Below are positions 51,657 through 64,000 of a stretch of DNA of 64,000 nucleotides, piece after piece. The notes beneath the pieces were generated by a model. The model made no database searches. It saw only the letters and a program-made list of their open reading frames with translations, and was not told where the DNA came from. Source of the stretch: Lama guanicoe. Its lineage: Eukaryota. Where the stretch lies: positions 4,202,084-4,266,083 of the forward strand of contig MU056050.1 in NCBI GenBank assembly GCA_013239625.1, in the 5' to 3' direction. The first letter of the stretch is position 1. Each line of letters starts with the position of its first letter. The translations under genes were made by a program, and so were the position numbers.

Positions 51657-52697
51657 CCATAGTGGCTGCACTAGTTTACATTCCCACCAACACTGTAGGA
51701 GGGTTCCCTTTTCTCCCCAGGCTCTCCAGCATTTATCATTTGTGGACTTTTTTAATGATGGCCATTCTGACTAGTGTGAGGTGATACCTCATTGTAGTTT
51801 TGATTTGGATTTCTTTCATAATTAGCAATACTGACATCTTTTCATGCGCCTCTTGGCCATATGTATGTCTTCATTGAATAAATGGCTATTAGGTCTTCTG
51901 CCCATTTTTTGACTAGGTGTTTGTTTTTTTTGTTATTGAGTTGTATGAGCCATTTGTATATTCTGGAAATTAAGCCCTTGCCAGCATCGTTTGCAAATAT
52001 CTCTCCCATGTCTTTTTATTTTATTTATGGTTTCCTTTGCTGTGCAAAGCTTATAAGTTTAATTAGGTCCCATTTGTTTATTTTTGCTTTTATTTCTATT
52101 GCCTTGGTAGGCCGACCTAGGAGAACATTGCTAGAATTTATGTCAGAGAATGTTTTGCCTATGTTTTCTTCTAGGAGATTTATGGTATCCTATCTTATGT
52201 TTAAATCTTTAAGCCATTTTGAGTTTATTTTTGTGTAAGGTGTGAGGAGTGTTCTAACTTCATTGATTTACATGTGACTGTTCAGTTTTCCAACACCACT
52301 TGTCCAAAAGACTATCTCTTCTCTATTGTATATTCTTGCCTCCTTTGTCAAAGATTAATTGACTAGAGGTGTGTGGGTTTATTTCTGAGCTCTATCTTTT
52401 CCATCGATCCATATGTCTGTTTTTCTGCCAATACCATGCCATTTTGATTACTGTAGCTTAGTAGTATTGTCTGAGGTCTGGGAGGGTAATGCCTCCAGCT
52501 TTGTTCTTTTTCTTTAGTATTGCTTTTTTGTGATTCCATATAACTTTTAGGATGATTTGTTCTAGTTCTGTGAAAAAATATCCTGGGTAACTTGATAAGG
52601 ATCACATTGAATCTGTAGATTGCTTTGGGTAGCATGGCCATTTTAACAATATTAATTCTTCCAATCCAAGAGCATGAGATATCTTTCCATTTCTTTG
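51652..52697 (-). mobile_element. Younger L1 ORF2 internal fragment, no tail or TSD
   Basis: ORF 52363-52641 [12 protein letters not shown]; collinear with 5045-6120 of the full-length L1. Confidence 0.9.
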
Positions 52698-53620
52698 GGA
52701 GTGCTTTTCAATGGGTATAGAATTTCAGTCATGCAAGATAAAAAAGTTCTAGTTATCTGCTGCACAACATTGTGTTTATAGTTAACAATACTATAGTGTA
52801 CCTTAAAAACTTGAAGTTAGACTTCATGTTACATGTTTTTACCATAATAATAAAAGCTTCTGCCCATCAAAGGCTTGTAAAAAAACAGAAAGGAAACAAT
52901 TAATTTACAGTAGCATCAAAAATAATAAATATTTAGGAATAAATTTAACCAAAGAAGTTATATTCAGCCATGGAAGGGAATGAAGTTCTGCTACATGCTA
53001 CATATAGACATGGATGAACCTTGAAGCATTATGCTAACTGAATGAAGCCAGACACAAATGACCACATATTACACTACTCTGTGTATTTGAAATATACAAA
53101 ATAGGCAAATTCACAGAGAATGAAAGCAGATTAGTGGCTGCTAGCAGCTGAGGAGGGAAAAATGGGGCATGTCTTAATGAGTTTCCTTTTGGGGTAATGA
53201 AAATATTTTAGAAGTAGATGGTGATGATAGCACAACATTGTGAATGTATAAAATGCCACTGAATTTTACACTCTAAAATGATTAAAATGATAAATTTTAT
53301 AAGTACATTTTACCACAATAAAAATTTGAAAAAAGCAACGTAATGTATAGTACAACATGTATGAATCCTGAAAACAACTAAAGTGAAAGTCAGACACAGA
53401 ATGCCACTAATTGTATAATTCATTTGTATGAAATGTACATCATAGACAATTCCACAAAGATACGATATATTACCAATAGTAAGGTCCTGGTGGAAACAAT
53501 GAATGGGGAGTGACTGTTAATGAGTATGAGATTTCTTTTTGGGGTGATAAAAATCTGATCGTGGTGATGATTGCATACATCTGTGAATGTACTAAAGCTA
53601 TCAAAATATGCCCTTTAACA
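52698..53620 (+). mobile_element. Cluster of L1MA/MB 3' ends (52698-52855, 52880-53335, 53336-53620)
   Basis: Three successive sense 3'UTRs, e.g. aatgggtatagaatttcagt...ttaacaatactatagtgtac and ttttggggtaatgaaaat...tttaccacaataaaaa. Confidence 0.75.
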
Positions 53621-55019
53621 AACTCTGTTGGGCATGATTTTGACTACGTTATGTTATCAAGTAGCATAGCATAGGGCTTAAGTTTACAGGCTTTGAAATT
53701 AGACAGAGCCTGGGTTGCTTAGAGTTTATGGAAATGACTGTTATTGTTGCTATTATTATAATCATCCTTATTATTATTCCATACATATACATAGATAAAT
53801 GACTAGCTAGAAATACATATTGTTAGTTAAAAAATTATCTCTAAATGGTAAGATTATGGATGATTGGTATTTCATTCAAAGTTTTATTTTATAAATATTC
53901 TACAATAGGCATATTTTAGTTTGATAATATAGGCAGAATAAACTTTATTATTATTAAAAATTGAAACATTTCACCTTAAAAAAAAGCAACACTTTTCTGA
54001 AGCTCAGAAAATTCTGCTCTATGATCTGTCATGAGGTATCTGCTTAGTTTGTTGGATGTGGTTTCTATTTGGGAGAAATAACCATGAGGATCAAAATTTC
54101 AGAAGTATCATGATTTGAAAATAGTCCAACAAGTGGTACTATGGCTGACTGTATGGCCAGGTCAGAAGTAACAAAGCTGAGGCTACTGCACCAGGCAACT
54201 TTCCAGATTATTGACGGTAGTTATGTGGCCGAGTAGAGAGTGGTGTCAGACCTACAGATTTAGTGGTCCACTGTCGTTGTTGATTGGTTGAGTGACCTTT
54301 TAATTGTAACTGAAGTAGCCAGGAGTATTCGTTTATGGAAGGTTTCTAGGACTGCAATCTTTCACATGCGTCCTTATAGCAGTGTTGACTTTACAGCACT
54401 GCACCACTGGTCGATTTCTGGCTTTCTTTGGAAGAGACTGTAAATCTTGCCTTGCAAAGTTATTGATCCACAGAATTCTAGTTTGATGATTAAAAAAAAT
54501 CTCCAGCATTTGCCAACATATATATTCTGTTTTTATGACTGGAAGTCATACAATATTTGGAGAAGAAGAAAGATATAAATACATTTAATTTTACGGTTCA
54601 TAGGATAGTATCATCATTGCAAAGATGGAGCAATTCTTGTGTAATATCTGAAAAACAGTATGGAAGTTTCTGTTTTTCACCAAGTATATCATATATGTTT
54701 TATCTTCCCTGATGTATATCATACCTTTTGTGTTAAAAGTCTTTACTGACAAATCAATCTACAGAAACATTTTGGATTACTCTTTTATTGTTTGAGTGAA
54801 GAAGCTTGTATTTTAAAAGCTACTTCAGAGTTTTATTTGTAAAGAATTTTTAAATTGAAATTATTTACTTCTAATCTGGACGAGAACATCTTATAGATTT
54901 CTACAAGCCTAGTTCTGCTCTAATGTTAAAGGAAACTTTCATTACCCCATGAAAAGGAAAATCTTCTTTTATCTTACTTCCACTCTTCAAATTATTTCTT
55001 TCTTCCAACCTCTCCAAGC

Positions 55020-55380
55020 TTGCCTATCACAACACTTACTCCTCTGAAACAGAGACTGGATCAGGAGTAGGTCAATGATGTAAATTGTGCCAATCTAGAC
55101 TTAATCTTAGTGATTGGCTCAGGGCATTAGGGCCAAGTTGACCTAAGAATAAATCCTGTGCCTTCTTCAGGTACTACCAAGAAGAGAAGAAGCGTGAGGT
55201 TGCAGTTGGCCATTGCAAGGATATGATCTACACTGGAATAAAGCCAATGTGGAGATAGGCAACAAAAAATGGAGACTCAGCCCAGTGAGATCATTTTAGT
55301 CCCTCGTTCTAGCTGTTTGTGAAGCTAATAATCCCCAATCCTTTCTATCATTTGCTATAGGAATAATACTAATTGAATCA
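55020..55380 (+). mobile_element. MLT1 LTR (diverged)
   Basis: agtgattggctcagggc...aataaagccaatgtggag...tttctatcatttgc. Confidence 0.55.
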
Positions 55381-55524
55381 GAGTGCAAAGTGAGAAAGGG
55401 ACAAAAAGAAATGACTAGAAATTTGTCCCAAAGAAAGTGCCAATTACATTTGAATGGTGTGCTAAAGAACATGTATGTTTCACATGATAGCAAAGAGAGG
55501 GAAGGAAATTTCCTGCATAAGAAA

Positions 55525-55835
55525 TAGTGTGTACATTAGTTAGTATCTGCAAATCTCGAACTCCCAATTTATCCTTTCCCCCCTTCTCCCCTGCCGTAAC
55601 CATAAATTTTTCCATGTCTGTATGCTGTATACCAGAAATTGATACAACATTGTAAACTATATGTCCATAAAATACATATACATACAAAAAAATTTAAAAA
55701 CCACCAAAACTAACCTATAATAACAGGGGAAAAAAGGGGCAGAAGACCTGAATAGACATTTTCCAAAGGAGACATACAGATAGCTAATACACACATGAAA
55801 ATACGCTCAACATCACTAATTATTAGAGAAATGCA
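55525..55835. mobile_element. Short L1 3'UTR with 5' inversion, followed by an L1 ORF2 fragment
   Basis: 55525-55620 antisense 3'UTR; 55621-55700 sense 3' terminus plus A-tail; 55730-55835 sense ORF2 (gcagaagacctgaatagacattttccaaaggagacatacaga). Confidence 0.75.
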
Positions 55836-56699
55836 TCCATCTACTTCTACACACATATATTTCATGTTTACCATTCTTTGTTTTTCTATTTTTTTTTTCT
55901 CCTCCGCCCAGCCGCGGGGTCTGTGGTGGAAGCAGCCCGAACAAGACCACTCAACGTGAAGGATATCTACTAATACCAGCACTTTGAATGAAAATTTGTT
56001 TCTCTGCCACAAACTGTTTTTGTATTTTTTTTCCTCTTTAACATAATGTTGAATTTTATTCTTTCACTTGACTTAGTATTATCTGTCTCCCCCAGTAGTA
56101 CGAAAGCATCAAGAAGGCAGATTTTGTTTGTTTTGGTATGTAGTCTTCCTTAAAGATTGAGAACAGCTCAGAGAAGGTTTTCAATAAATATTTGCTGTAT
56201 TTAAAAAAGAAAAAAGAAGGAGAAATAGCGTGTACAAAACATGAAGGTATGAATGTGCATAGTGTGTTCAGGGAATGGCAAGTCAACACCATTCAAAAAA
56301 ATGATGAAAATACCTCCATAGTCTTAGATTAGTGACAGAATTTAATAACCCAACAGAGTCCTGGGAATACAAATTAATTTTTTTTGTCAAAATATCTAAT
56401 GGAGGGAGATAGACGAAAGTTTCAATATTTAAGTTTACTCCTTATTTAAGGCCTTAGGACAAGAAACACATTTTTTTTTGTCCCCTAAAATACAAACTTT
56501 ATGATGGCTAAATTCCAGCTATGGAATCTGATATAGAGTGATAATGGCTTTACACACAATTTTCAGAAAATGGAAATTCACTTTCTGTAACATACAAATC
56601 AACTATTAGGTTAAGAAGAAAGATAAGTAGAATGGGATTTCTCTGCAAACTCAAAAGTAGTAATTTAAGAAAGTCTAAGATATGATGCTTTTGTTTTAT

Positions 56700-59460
56700 T
56701 TTTCTGATTATAAAGATAATAAAAGCCCTTTTCAGAAATTTGGAAAATATAGAACAATTATTAAGATAAAAAGTAAAGGAGCATAGTCCTATAATGCTGA
56801 AAGAACTACTGTTATATTTATTTCCATTATTATTTTTCATATAAATTTTTATTGGAAACCCCTGTTTGTATTTTACACAGTTGGGCTGTAGTTTTGTTTT
56901 CTGCTTTCTATACCTTAAATAAATACATAAACCTTCCTCACACTATTACATTTAAAATAGTATATAATAGCCTACCTGATTAATGTGGTACAATATCCAG
57001 TTATTGTTGGAAATTTGGATAATTTCTAATTTTTCCCTGTTACATATAAATATTCAATGAATTTTTTGACCAGTAAAGTTGACGGCATCTCTTTCTCCTC
57101 AAAATAGATCCCCTCCCTTACTCAAAAATAGGAAGGAGAACTTGATCCAAAAGAATGATTCTTTTAAAATATTTTATACAAACTGTTTAAGTGTCCTTCC
57201 AAAAATATTACCAGTCTATGTTTTCATTAGCAGATTAAGACAATGTCTATTTCATTACACCTCCGAACACTACTTATGATAATAAAAAAAAAAGGTTTTC
57301 AAATTTTACCAGTGGCAACATAGTCTCAATGCCATTTTAATTAGAATTTCTTATTTTACTAGTGAGGTCAAACATTTCCAGTTTGTTAGTCTTTCTGTGT
57401 TCCGTATTCTGTGCATAATTTAGGGCTTCTATTGATCTTTATGTAGTAAGACACTTTTACCTTGTGTGAATGTTTTTCTTAAATGGTTATTTTTCTTTTA
57501 ATTTCCTCAGTGTATATGACCAGCAGAACTTTACATCTTACATTTTATGTAATAAAATATTTCCTTTTATTGTCCTTTGTGTCATCTTTGTTTTTAATCT
57601 AGAAATTTTTCTCTGGACCTGGTATCTAAGATCTGATAAACATTTACCTCCTTTACTCTGCAAGCTTTTTTTTATTATTTTATATTTTTATAGTTAATTT
57701 CCTCAGACACTTATAATTAATTTTGGTGCAAAGATATGCTTTTTTTTTTTAATAATTGAACAATTATTCCATGACCATTTGTTAAGCAGCCCTTTCTTTT
57801 CCAAGTAATTTACGATACTTCCTTTATCATATTATAAATTCTTAAATGCATTAGGGTTGATTTCAAAGTTACTGCTTTCGATAATTATATCAAGAGATAT
57901 AATCACTGTATCATTATATCATTATATCAAGAGAAGTCAATCACTGTAGAAAAATAAATTAGTAAAGTAAGGTATAAATAAAATAGCCCATCCATAATTC
58001 CACCAATCTTCATTTAATTTCTTTTGGAATATATTCATGTGTGTGTATATATGTATTATGTATGTGTATGCATGTGTACATGTGCATGCCTATTGAGCAT
58101 GAATTTTTAATTTTTATAAAATTCACATAAAACTAGCCATACTGTATTGTACTATAAATTCCTGTTTTTAAAAATTATATCAAATTTTCTCATATCATGA
58201 AATACAAAATCACAAATGTTAAGTAGCTCCATAACATTCCATCATAGAATTGCACCATAATTTTTTCACCCATTCCTATAATTGAGGTTATATTTATAAC
58301 ATTAAATATTGTTTTAAAACAGTTTTAACTAACTACATAACAGCTCAACAAAAGTTTTTCTTCACCATATTTTATTTATTTATTTTCGTAATTTTTTATT
58401 CTTTAGATATTCAAGTAATGGGTCAAGTTTTTGCTATTATGAGTGAATCTTCAACAAAATTCTTTCTTATAATAGATTGTTGATGGAATCTTGATTATAC
58501 CTTTAGTATAATTTCATAAACGTGCAATCACTTGGTCAAAGTATATGCACTCTTGGTTGTTATTCTGTTTTAATGCTCTATTTGTTGAATCTGTGCCAGT
58601 GACAAATGTTTTAATGCCAATTTAGAGGTTTCATATATGAAAAAGTACATATTATATATACTCTATATATAGTAAGGCAAGTTGCCTTTTAACACTCTTT
58701 TTTGTACAATTTTGTCAGTTTTTCTTACTTTTTTATTCTTATAAAAGAATTTTAGAATCATTTATCATATTAAAATATGCAGTTGAAATTATCACTGGAA
58801 TTGCTCTAAATTTATAATTTAACTTATGAAGCAATAACATTCACAATTTTGCCTCCTTCTATCCAGATATGTGAGATCTCCTTTGGTTTATTCAAGTTTT
58901 ATTTTATATCACTAAACAAAGTTTCATTTTTTTTTCTTTTTATGAAGATCTAACACATTTCTTCATAAAGGATTGTTCTTAGGTATTTTATATTCTTTTG
59001 TTTCTCAGTTTAAATACTCCTTTTTTTCTGTACTCTGTTTTCCATGTGATTGTGTCTGGTATATTAGAATTCTAATCTAATTTTTCTATTGTGCTAGTTC
59101 CTTGATCTCTCTTGTTAGGACTAATTAGTATTCTAGGTAGTGATATAACCTATAAATAATGATAATTTTGCTTTTTTCCCAATAATTATTCCTTTTATTT
59201 GTATTTAATATTTTTAACACTGGGTCAAAAATCAGTAACAATTTTTAATTACTGTTTTAATCAGCTTCTAATTTCAACCAGAATCTTTCCAATATTTACT
59301 ATTAAACACAGCATTCATGCTATGAAAATGTTTTTTAGATTACCTAGAACGTTTTTTACACATGTTATTTTTATCAAATCATCTTTTGAGATAATTATAT
59401 AAAATTCTCCTTTGATTTATAGATGTAAGGATTTTTATTGGTAATAAAGATAAATAAAAC
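56700..59460 (-). mobile_element. Very old L1ME-like fragments
   Basis: Degenerate antisense L1 motifs (ttgttggaaatttggataatttcta, ttccatgaccatttgttaa, ggaattgctctaaatttata). Confidence 0.55.
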
Positions 59461-59489
59461 TTTTTAAATGACCTAATACTTATGTAGGC

Positions 59490-60030
59490 ACACAAATGAA
59501 ATTGAACCCCTATCTTACACCATACATAAAAATCAACTCAAAATGGATTAAAGACTTAAAAGATCAAAAACTTTAAAACTCCTAGAAGAAAACATAGGGA
59601 AAAAATTTCATGGGAAAAAATTTCATGGCCTTGGCCTTGACAGTGATATCATTGACATGATACCAAAAGCAGAGGCAACAAAAGCAAAAATAAACAAGTG
59701 GGACTACATCAAACTTAAAAAGTTCTGCACAACAAAGGAAACAACGAACAGAGTGAAAATGCAACCGATGGAATGAGAGAAAGTACATTTCTCTAAAGAA
59801 GACAGACAGATGGCCAACAAGTATGTGAAAAGATACTTAACATTATTAATCATCAGGGAAATGGGAAAAAGCAAATCAAAACCACAGTGAAATATCACTG
59901 TACACCTGTTAGGATGCCTATTATCAAAAAGAAAAAAAAAGAAAAAATAGATAAAGGTTGGTGAAGATGTGGAGAAATTAGAAGCCTTGTACACTGTTGG
60001 TGTACATTGTTGGGAATGTAAAATGTATGT
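59490..60030 (+). mobile_element. L1MA/MB ORF2 fragment with internal deletion and micro-duplications
   Basis: acaccatacataaaaatcaactcaaaatggattaaagac...gggactacatcaaacttaaaa. Duplicated GGGAAAAAATTTCAT (~59597-59627) and TGTACA(C/T)TGTTGG (59988-60013). Confidence 0.85.
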
Positions 60031-62139
60031 ATATTATTAGGCAAGGTTAGGCAAAGGTTTTCATATTTCTTCCATTGTTCCATCTATCTCTCAGGTTTTC
60101 TTATCCAGATTATTCTAACTTCATAAAGAATTAAGGATCTTTCAATATTTGTAAATAATTTGTTATCATTTAAACAGGAGTTACATCTTTAAGATTTTGA
60201 AATATTGGTAGAAAATTTGGGGTTCATAATCTTTTGAAGAAAGTAATATTTGGACTACTTTATAAGTTTCTTTAATGACTATTCTTTTCAAATTTTCCAT
60301 TTCATCTAGCCTCAATCTTAGCTAAATAATTTAATTTCAAAAATATATAGTATTCATATATAGCTTATATTTATTGCCCTAGACTTCTTCTTACTATTTA
60401 TTTAAAATTATTTACTCTTTTCTACATTCCAGAAGACCACTAGAAAAGGTTCAGATTTAATTAGTTTATATATTGTGTGAGAGTTATAAATCCATGAGTT
60501 AATGTTATTTTTGACTGAGAAATGTTCAAACTAAAGGCAGAATCACTCTTTCAAGTAGTATATGGCTGAGAATAAATGTAGGGAATTTGGATTATTGTAA
60601 GAATTTGGTATTTTATAAATGAGACAAGATACGTAGCATCAATTGGGAAACTGGCCTTACTAACAAAACAAATTATACTCTAAAATAAAGTCATTTTTTA
60701 GGATTAGGAAGAGAATACTAGAAAGAAAAGCATACAAGTTTAAGTGAATATGACAGAAATCACCTTCCTAAATTTTGGATTTATAAACTTGGCTTTCCTG
60801 ATGTTGGTGATATCCTTTATGTCTCAACTCACAGAAAGGAAAATGGAGGTCTAATCTGGAACAGCTAGATAAATTCACCATGCTTGGCAGTATTGGCTAT
60901 ATTTATCTGGAAGACTTTGTACTTGACTCTGCTCTAGGAAAATAAGAAATACATAGAATTTGAAGTCGCTTTTAATTTTTTTTAAATTAAATAATCCTTT
61001 AATGAATTTGTCTATTGCATGTTAATGTATGCATTTAGATTTAGAGATGTGGCTGTGAAAGTATGAATGTAAACAAATATATATGAATTTGATATTTGAA
61101 TTCTTGTCTATACTAGTACATTAATGGTTAATCTGGTGTAGGAAATTGATGTGTTTCCTTAATAATATGATTATAGACTCTAAAATACTTGCAACTTTGT
61201 TCTGGAGAAATTGTGTTGGGTTGCAAAATGTATGAATCTGGCTGGCGTACACCAAGTTAACAGCCTAGAGCAAGTTAAGTTAAAATAAACATCAGGCAAA
61301 GTGTAAAATATATTTGAATTGTAGTTAGTCATTTTGTGTCTGATTGTACATAATTGAATTGCTTTTTTTGGTGGTAGTATGAACTGACATGTTACTTTGC
61401 TTCTAATAATGTAAATGTGTTATATTTAGTCCTCTGTATTAAACAATATAAGTTAAAAAATATAGTAACATTTGAGTTTTATAGGTCTTATTACGTATTC
61501 TTTGTAGGCAATACTGGTCTATAACCATGTGATATTTTGAATGGGCTTTTGAATGTAAGCTGGCTTGGCAAAACTATAATCTTTTATAATCTATTTTATT
61601 TTATACTATTGAATTTTGCATTTTCGGTCTACTCAATTGAATTCTTCACAGGTATAATTTCATTAAATAAGAAATTGATTAAATTTAGGTTTTATGGAAG
61701 GAAAATTGGAAATAAATTGAATGATATTAATTCTAATTGAAAATAGTCCACTATTCTGAAATTAATTTATTTGGTGATGTCATTTCTTTGGATAGGAACT
61801 GTCATTGGTAAATGTGGCCATTATTATGGTATTTCATGTTATGCTGATTGGTGGTGATACCTTTTCATAAGTAAATCACTGGTAATAAAATTCTTGGGCT
61901 AGCTTTCAAGTGCAGTCCCTAGAATATAATACAGGGAAACCAGTGTATGGCATATTTAATCCATATGAATGATTACATTTATACCCAGAAAGCAATTACA
62001 CTTATTTGGGAAGTTAGAACAATTACAAGCTAAACATGTGGGATTATATCCAGATCTGAAAAAATAAATTCTAAGACAGAGCAATGGGGGTAGATTTGAC
62101 CAAAGTCAAATACTGTCTCCTTTCTAAGGTCTATCATGC

Positions 62140-62350
62140 ATCCTCCTTCCTAGCCATTATTCAGGTCTTTATTATATTGTCACTGTCTGCTTACCTGTAT
62201 TTTTCTTCCCTATTACCTTCATGAGCTTTTGGAAGGGAAAGAGCTTACCTTAATGATATTGGTACCACTGTGTCATCATCTAGAACAATGCATTTGTTCC
62301 AGAGCCCAGACAAATGACAGATAATATATTTTTTTAAATAATGTGACTTA
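62140..62350 (+). mobile_element. L2 3' end
   Basis: tgagctttttggaagggaaagag...tcatctagaacaatgcat. Confidence 0.5.
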
Positions 62351-62615
62351 ACTGCATCATGTAGTGAACTGGGAAAAAAACAAAGGGTGGAATAATAAGA
62401 AGGAAATTCTAAAATAAAATGGATATAGAGAATTTCAAATTCCATAAAGAATGTAATGACCTCAGGGTTCTTTAAAACTCAGGTCCCTTGAAATATCAGC
62501 TCGTCTGAGATTTTGTCTTTCCTCAATTTGTATCAAAAGCTGACTGATTCATTGAAGAACAAATCTACCTATAATACGTTTTGTCAGCTGTAGAACTCAT
62601 ATTCTCAATAACCGC

Positions 62616-63170
62616 TGTGAGGACCCACTTGGAACCCCAGAGTTGGTATGAAGGTTATATTACACTAAAGACATTTGAGAATCAACAGATATAGAAAGAA
62701 GCCTTTCAAAACTTTTCTTATCTGACTAAAACAGACATTTATGGGAAATGAGACTGCCATAAATTCCCTTTTGGGGGAATGGTCTACTCCAAGGAGAGAG
62801 AACAAGAGTAAACCTACCATAAATCCCCTCTTGGGGGAGTTTCAAGAAAAAATCAGAAAGGCCACTTGCACCTGCACAAACAAACATTTTTACAAACTTT
62901 CTTATCTCCCATTTGCTCTCCTAAAAGCTAGTCTTTCCTAGAGAAACTATTTGTTCTTCCCTTCAAAGAGACACCTTTTCTTTCCCCTCCTTTTTGCCTA
63001 CTAAGGTAAGTATATAAGCCTTTAACTTTAGTGATTTAACAAGCTAGCTACTTCTTTTGTTAGCTACCATATGCATAGGAATGAACCTTTTCTTTTTACT
63101 TGTTAATCTATCTTTTGTTGATTTAATTACCAAGCCCCAAGACATTAAAGTTTAGGAGGCAGAGTAGAAC
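62616..63170 (+). mobile_element. MER34/MER39-like ERV1 solo LTR
   Basis: TG start, TATA-like gtatataagcc (~63010), and terminal ttgttaatctatcttttgttgatttaatt...ttaggaggcagag. Internal repeat CCATAAAT(T/C)CC..TTGGGGGA at 62757 and 62817. Confidence 0.65.
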
Positions 63171-64000
63171 ATCACTGGTTTGTAGGACATGTGGGTAGTC
63201 GAACAGTCACATGGTGATAGTGAGATAACACACAAAGGTAATCAAAGTGGCCACTGAAATATTACAAAATCTCAGTCATGTTAATTTCTTATTTCCTGAA
63301 ATATTTAAGTAATGTACTCCATGTAGGAGAGGCTGACTTTGGTCATCAAATTTTGTATTGGGAACAATTTTGAAGACATAGGTAATTGTGCTGTGAATAT
63401 GATTGAGTGAATGTAAATTCATATTCCGATTGACACCGAGAAGCTGCCTTTTACCAGCTTTTCAACCCAACGTTTACTGACTTGAATTTTGTGAAGCCCA
63501 GAATACCGTTGTATAAGTCAGATCATGTTAGTGAAAGCACTAGTCCCTAGAGTAAGAGAAATTGGCACTTTGGAGGGAATGTGAACAAGTTAGAGCCAAC
63601 CATATTTTGTTTAGTAAGTATTGCTCTAGCTATTCCATTGCACTGAAGAATGGTCTTATACATGGAAGTTTCCCACTAGAAGTTTACTACTAAGTAGAAA
63701 GAAACTCAGTAAGTAGAATAATCTTCCCTGGATCTCTTGGTGATTTTGTTAAAAGTATTATAACTGTTGCTGTCACTTCTAGACTGAAGCTGATATTACA
63801 CATTGGCAGATTGTTAAGTTTAATTACTGTTCACAGAATGATTGAAAATGAGGAAATGCTAATTATATGAGTGAACCTTATAGTTTTCAGGTTACTATTT
63901 ATTATATTAGGTTTGGTGTAATGTCTCAGATGATACTGGAGGCAGGTTAGAAAATTAACTGAGCTCATTATGAGATGTAATTGATTTGTGTCAGTAAACT

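Noticed and set aside
57884..57948. Short direct duplication ATTATATCAAGAGA...AATCACTGTA (also GAAGAAT repeats at 26650-26700)
   Set aside because: Ordinary slippage duplications with two or few copies; no repeat-spacer array structure.
1..64000. CRISPR arrays, operons or prokaryotic RT-based systems
   Set aside because: The sequence is mammalian; the only RT motifs belong to LINE-1 ORF2 and no regularly spaced repeat array was seen.

Overview
Mammalian genomic DNA, AT-rich, CpG-poor and dominated by interspersed repeats. A tRNA-derived Vic-1-like SINE at 2321-2440 suggests a camelid (camel or alpaca); this is an inference from recognising the family. Main contents: a full-length, decayed 7.5 kb LINE-1 with target-site duplication (TSD) at 4377-11869 (-); an older full-length L1 at 31123-39521 (-) into which a very young 5'-truncated L1 with an unbroken 530-codon ORF2 frame has inserted (36618-38490); many ancient L1M, L2, MIR and MLT1 fragments; a Tigger1 deletion derivative; MER21-like and MER34-like solo LTRs; and a 3' fragment of an RPL19 processed pseudogene fused to L1 ORF2. 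Nearly all long ORFs in the track are L1 ORF1/ORF2 pieces or their antisense shadows. I could not identify any intact host gene and found no convincing new biological system. The most notable observations are: a ~200 bp inverted duplication of apparently unique DNA inserted into a MIR (18240-19480); the RPL19/L1 junction with loss of L1 sequence; a tail-less inverted L1 patch replacing the middle of an older L1; and several non-repeat, exon-like islands that may be remnants of an unidentified gene or pseudogene (weak evidence). Repeat subfamily names and boundaries were assigned by eye and are approximate unless a TSD is quoted.
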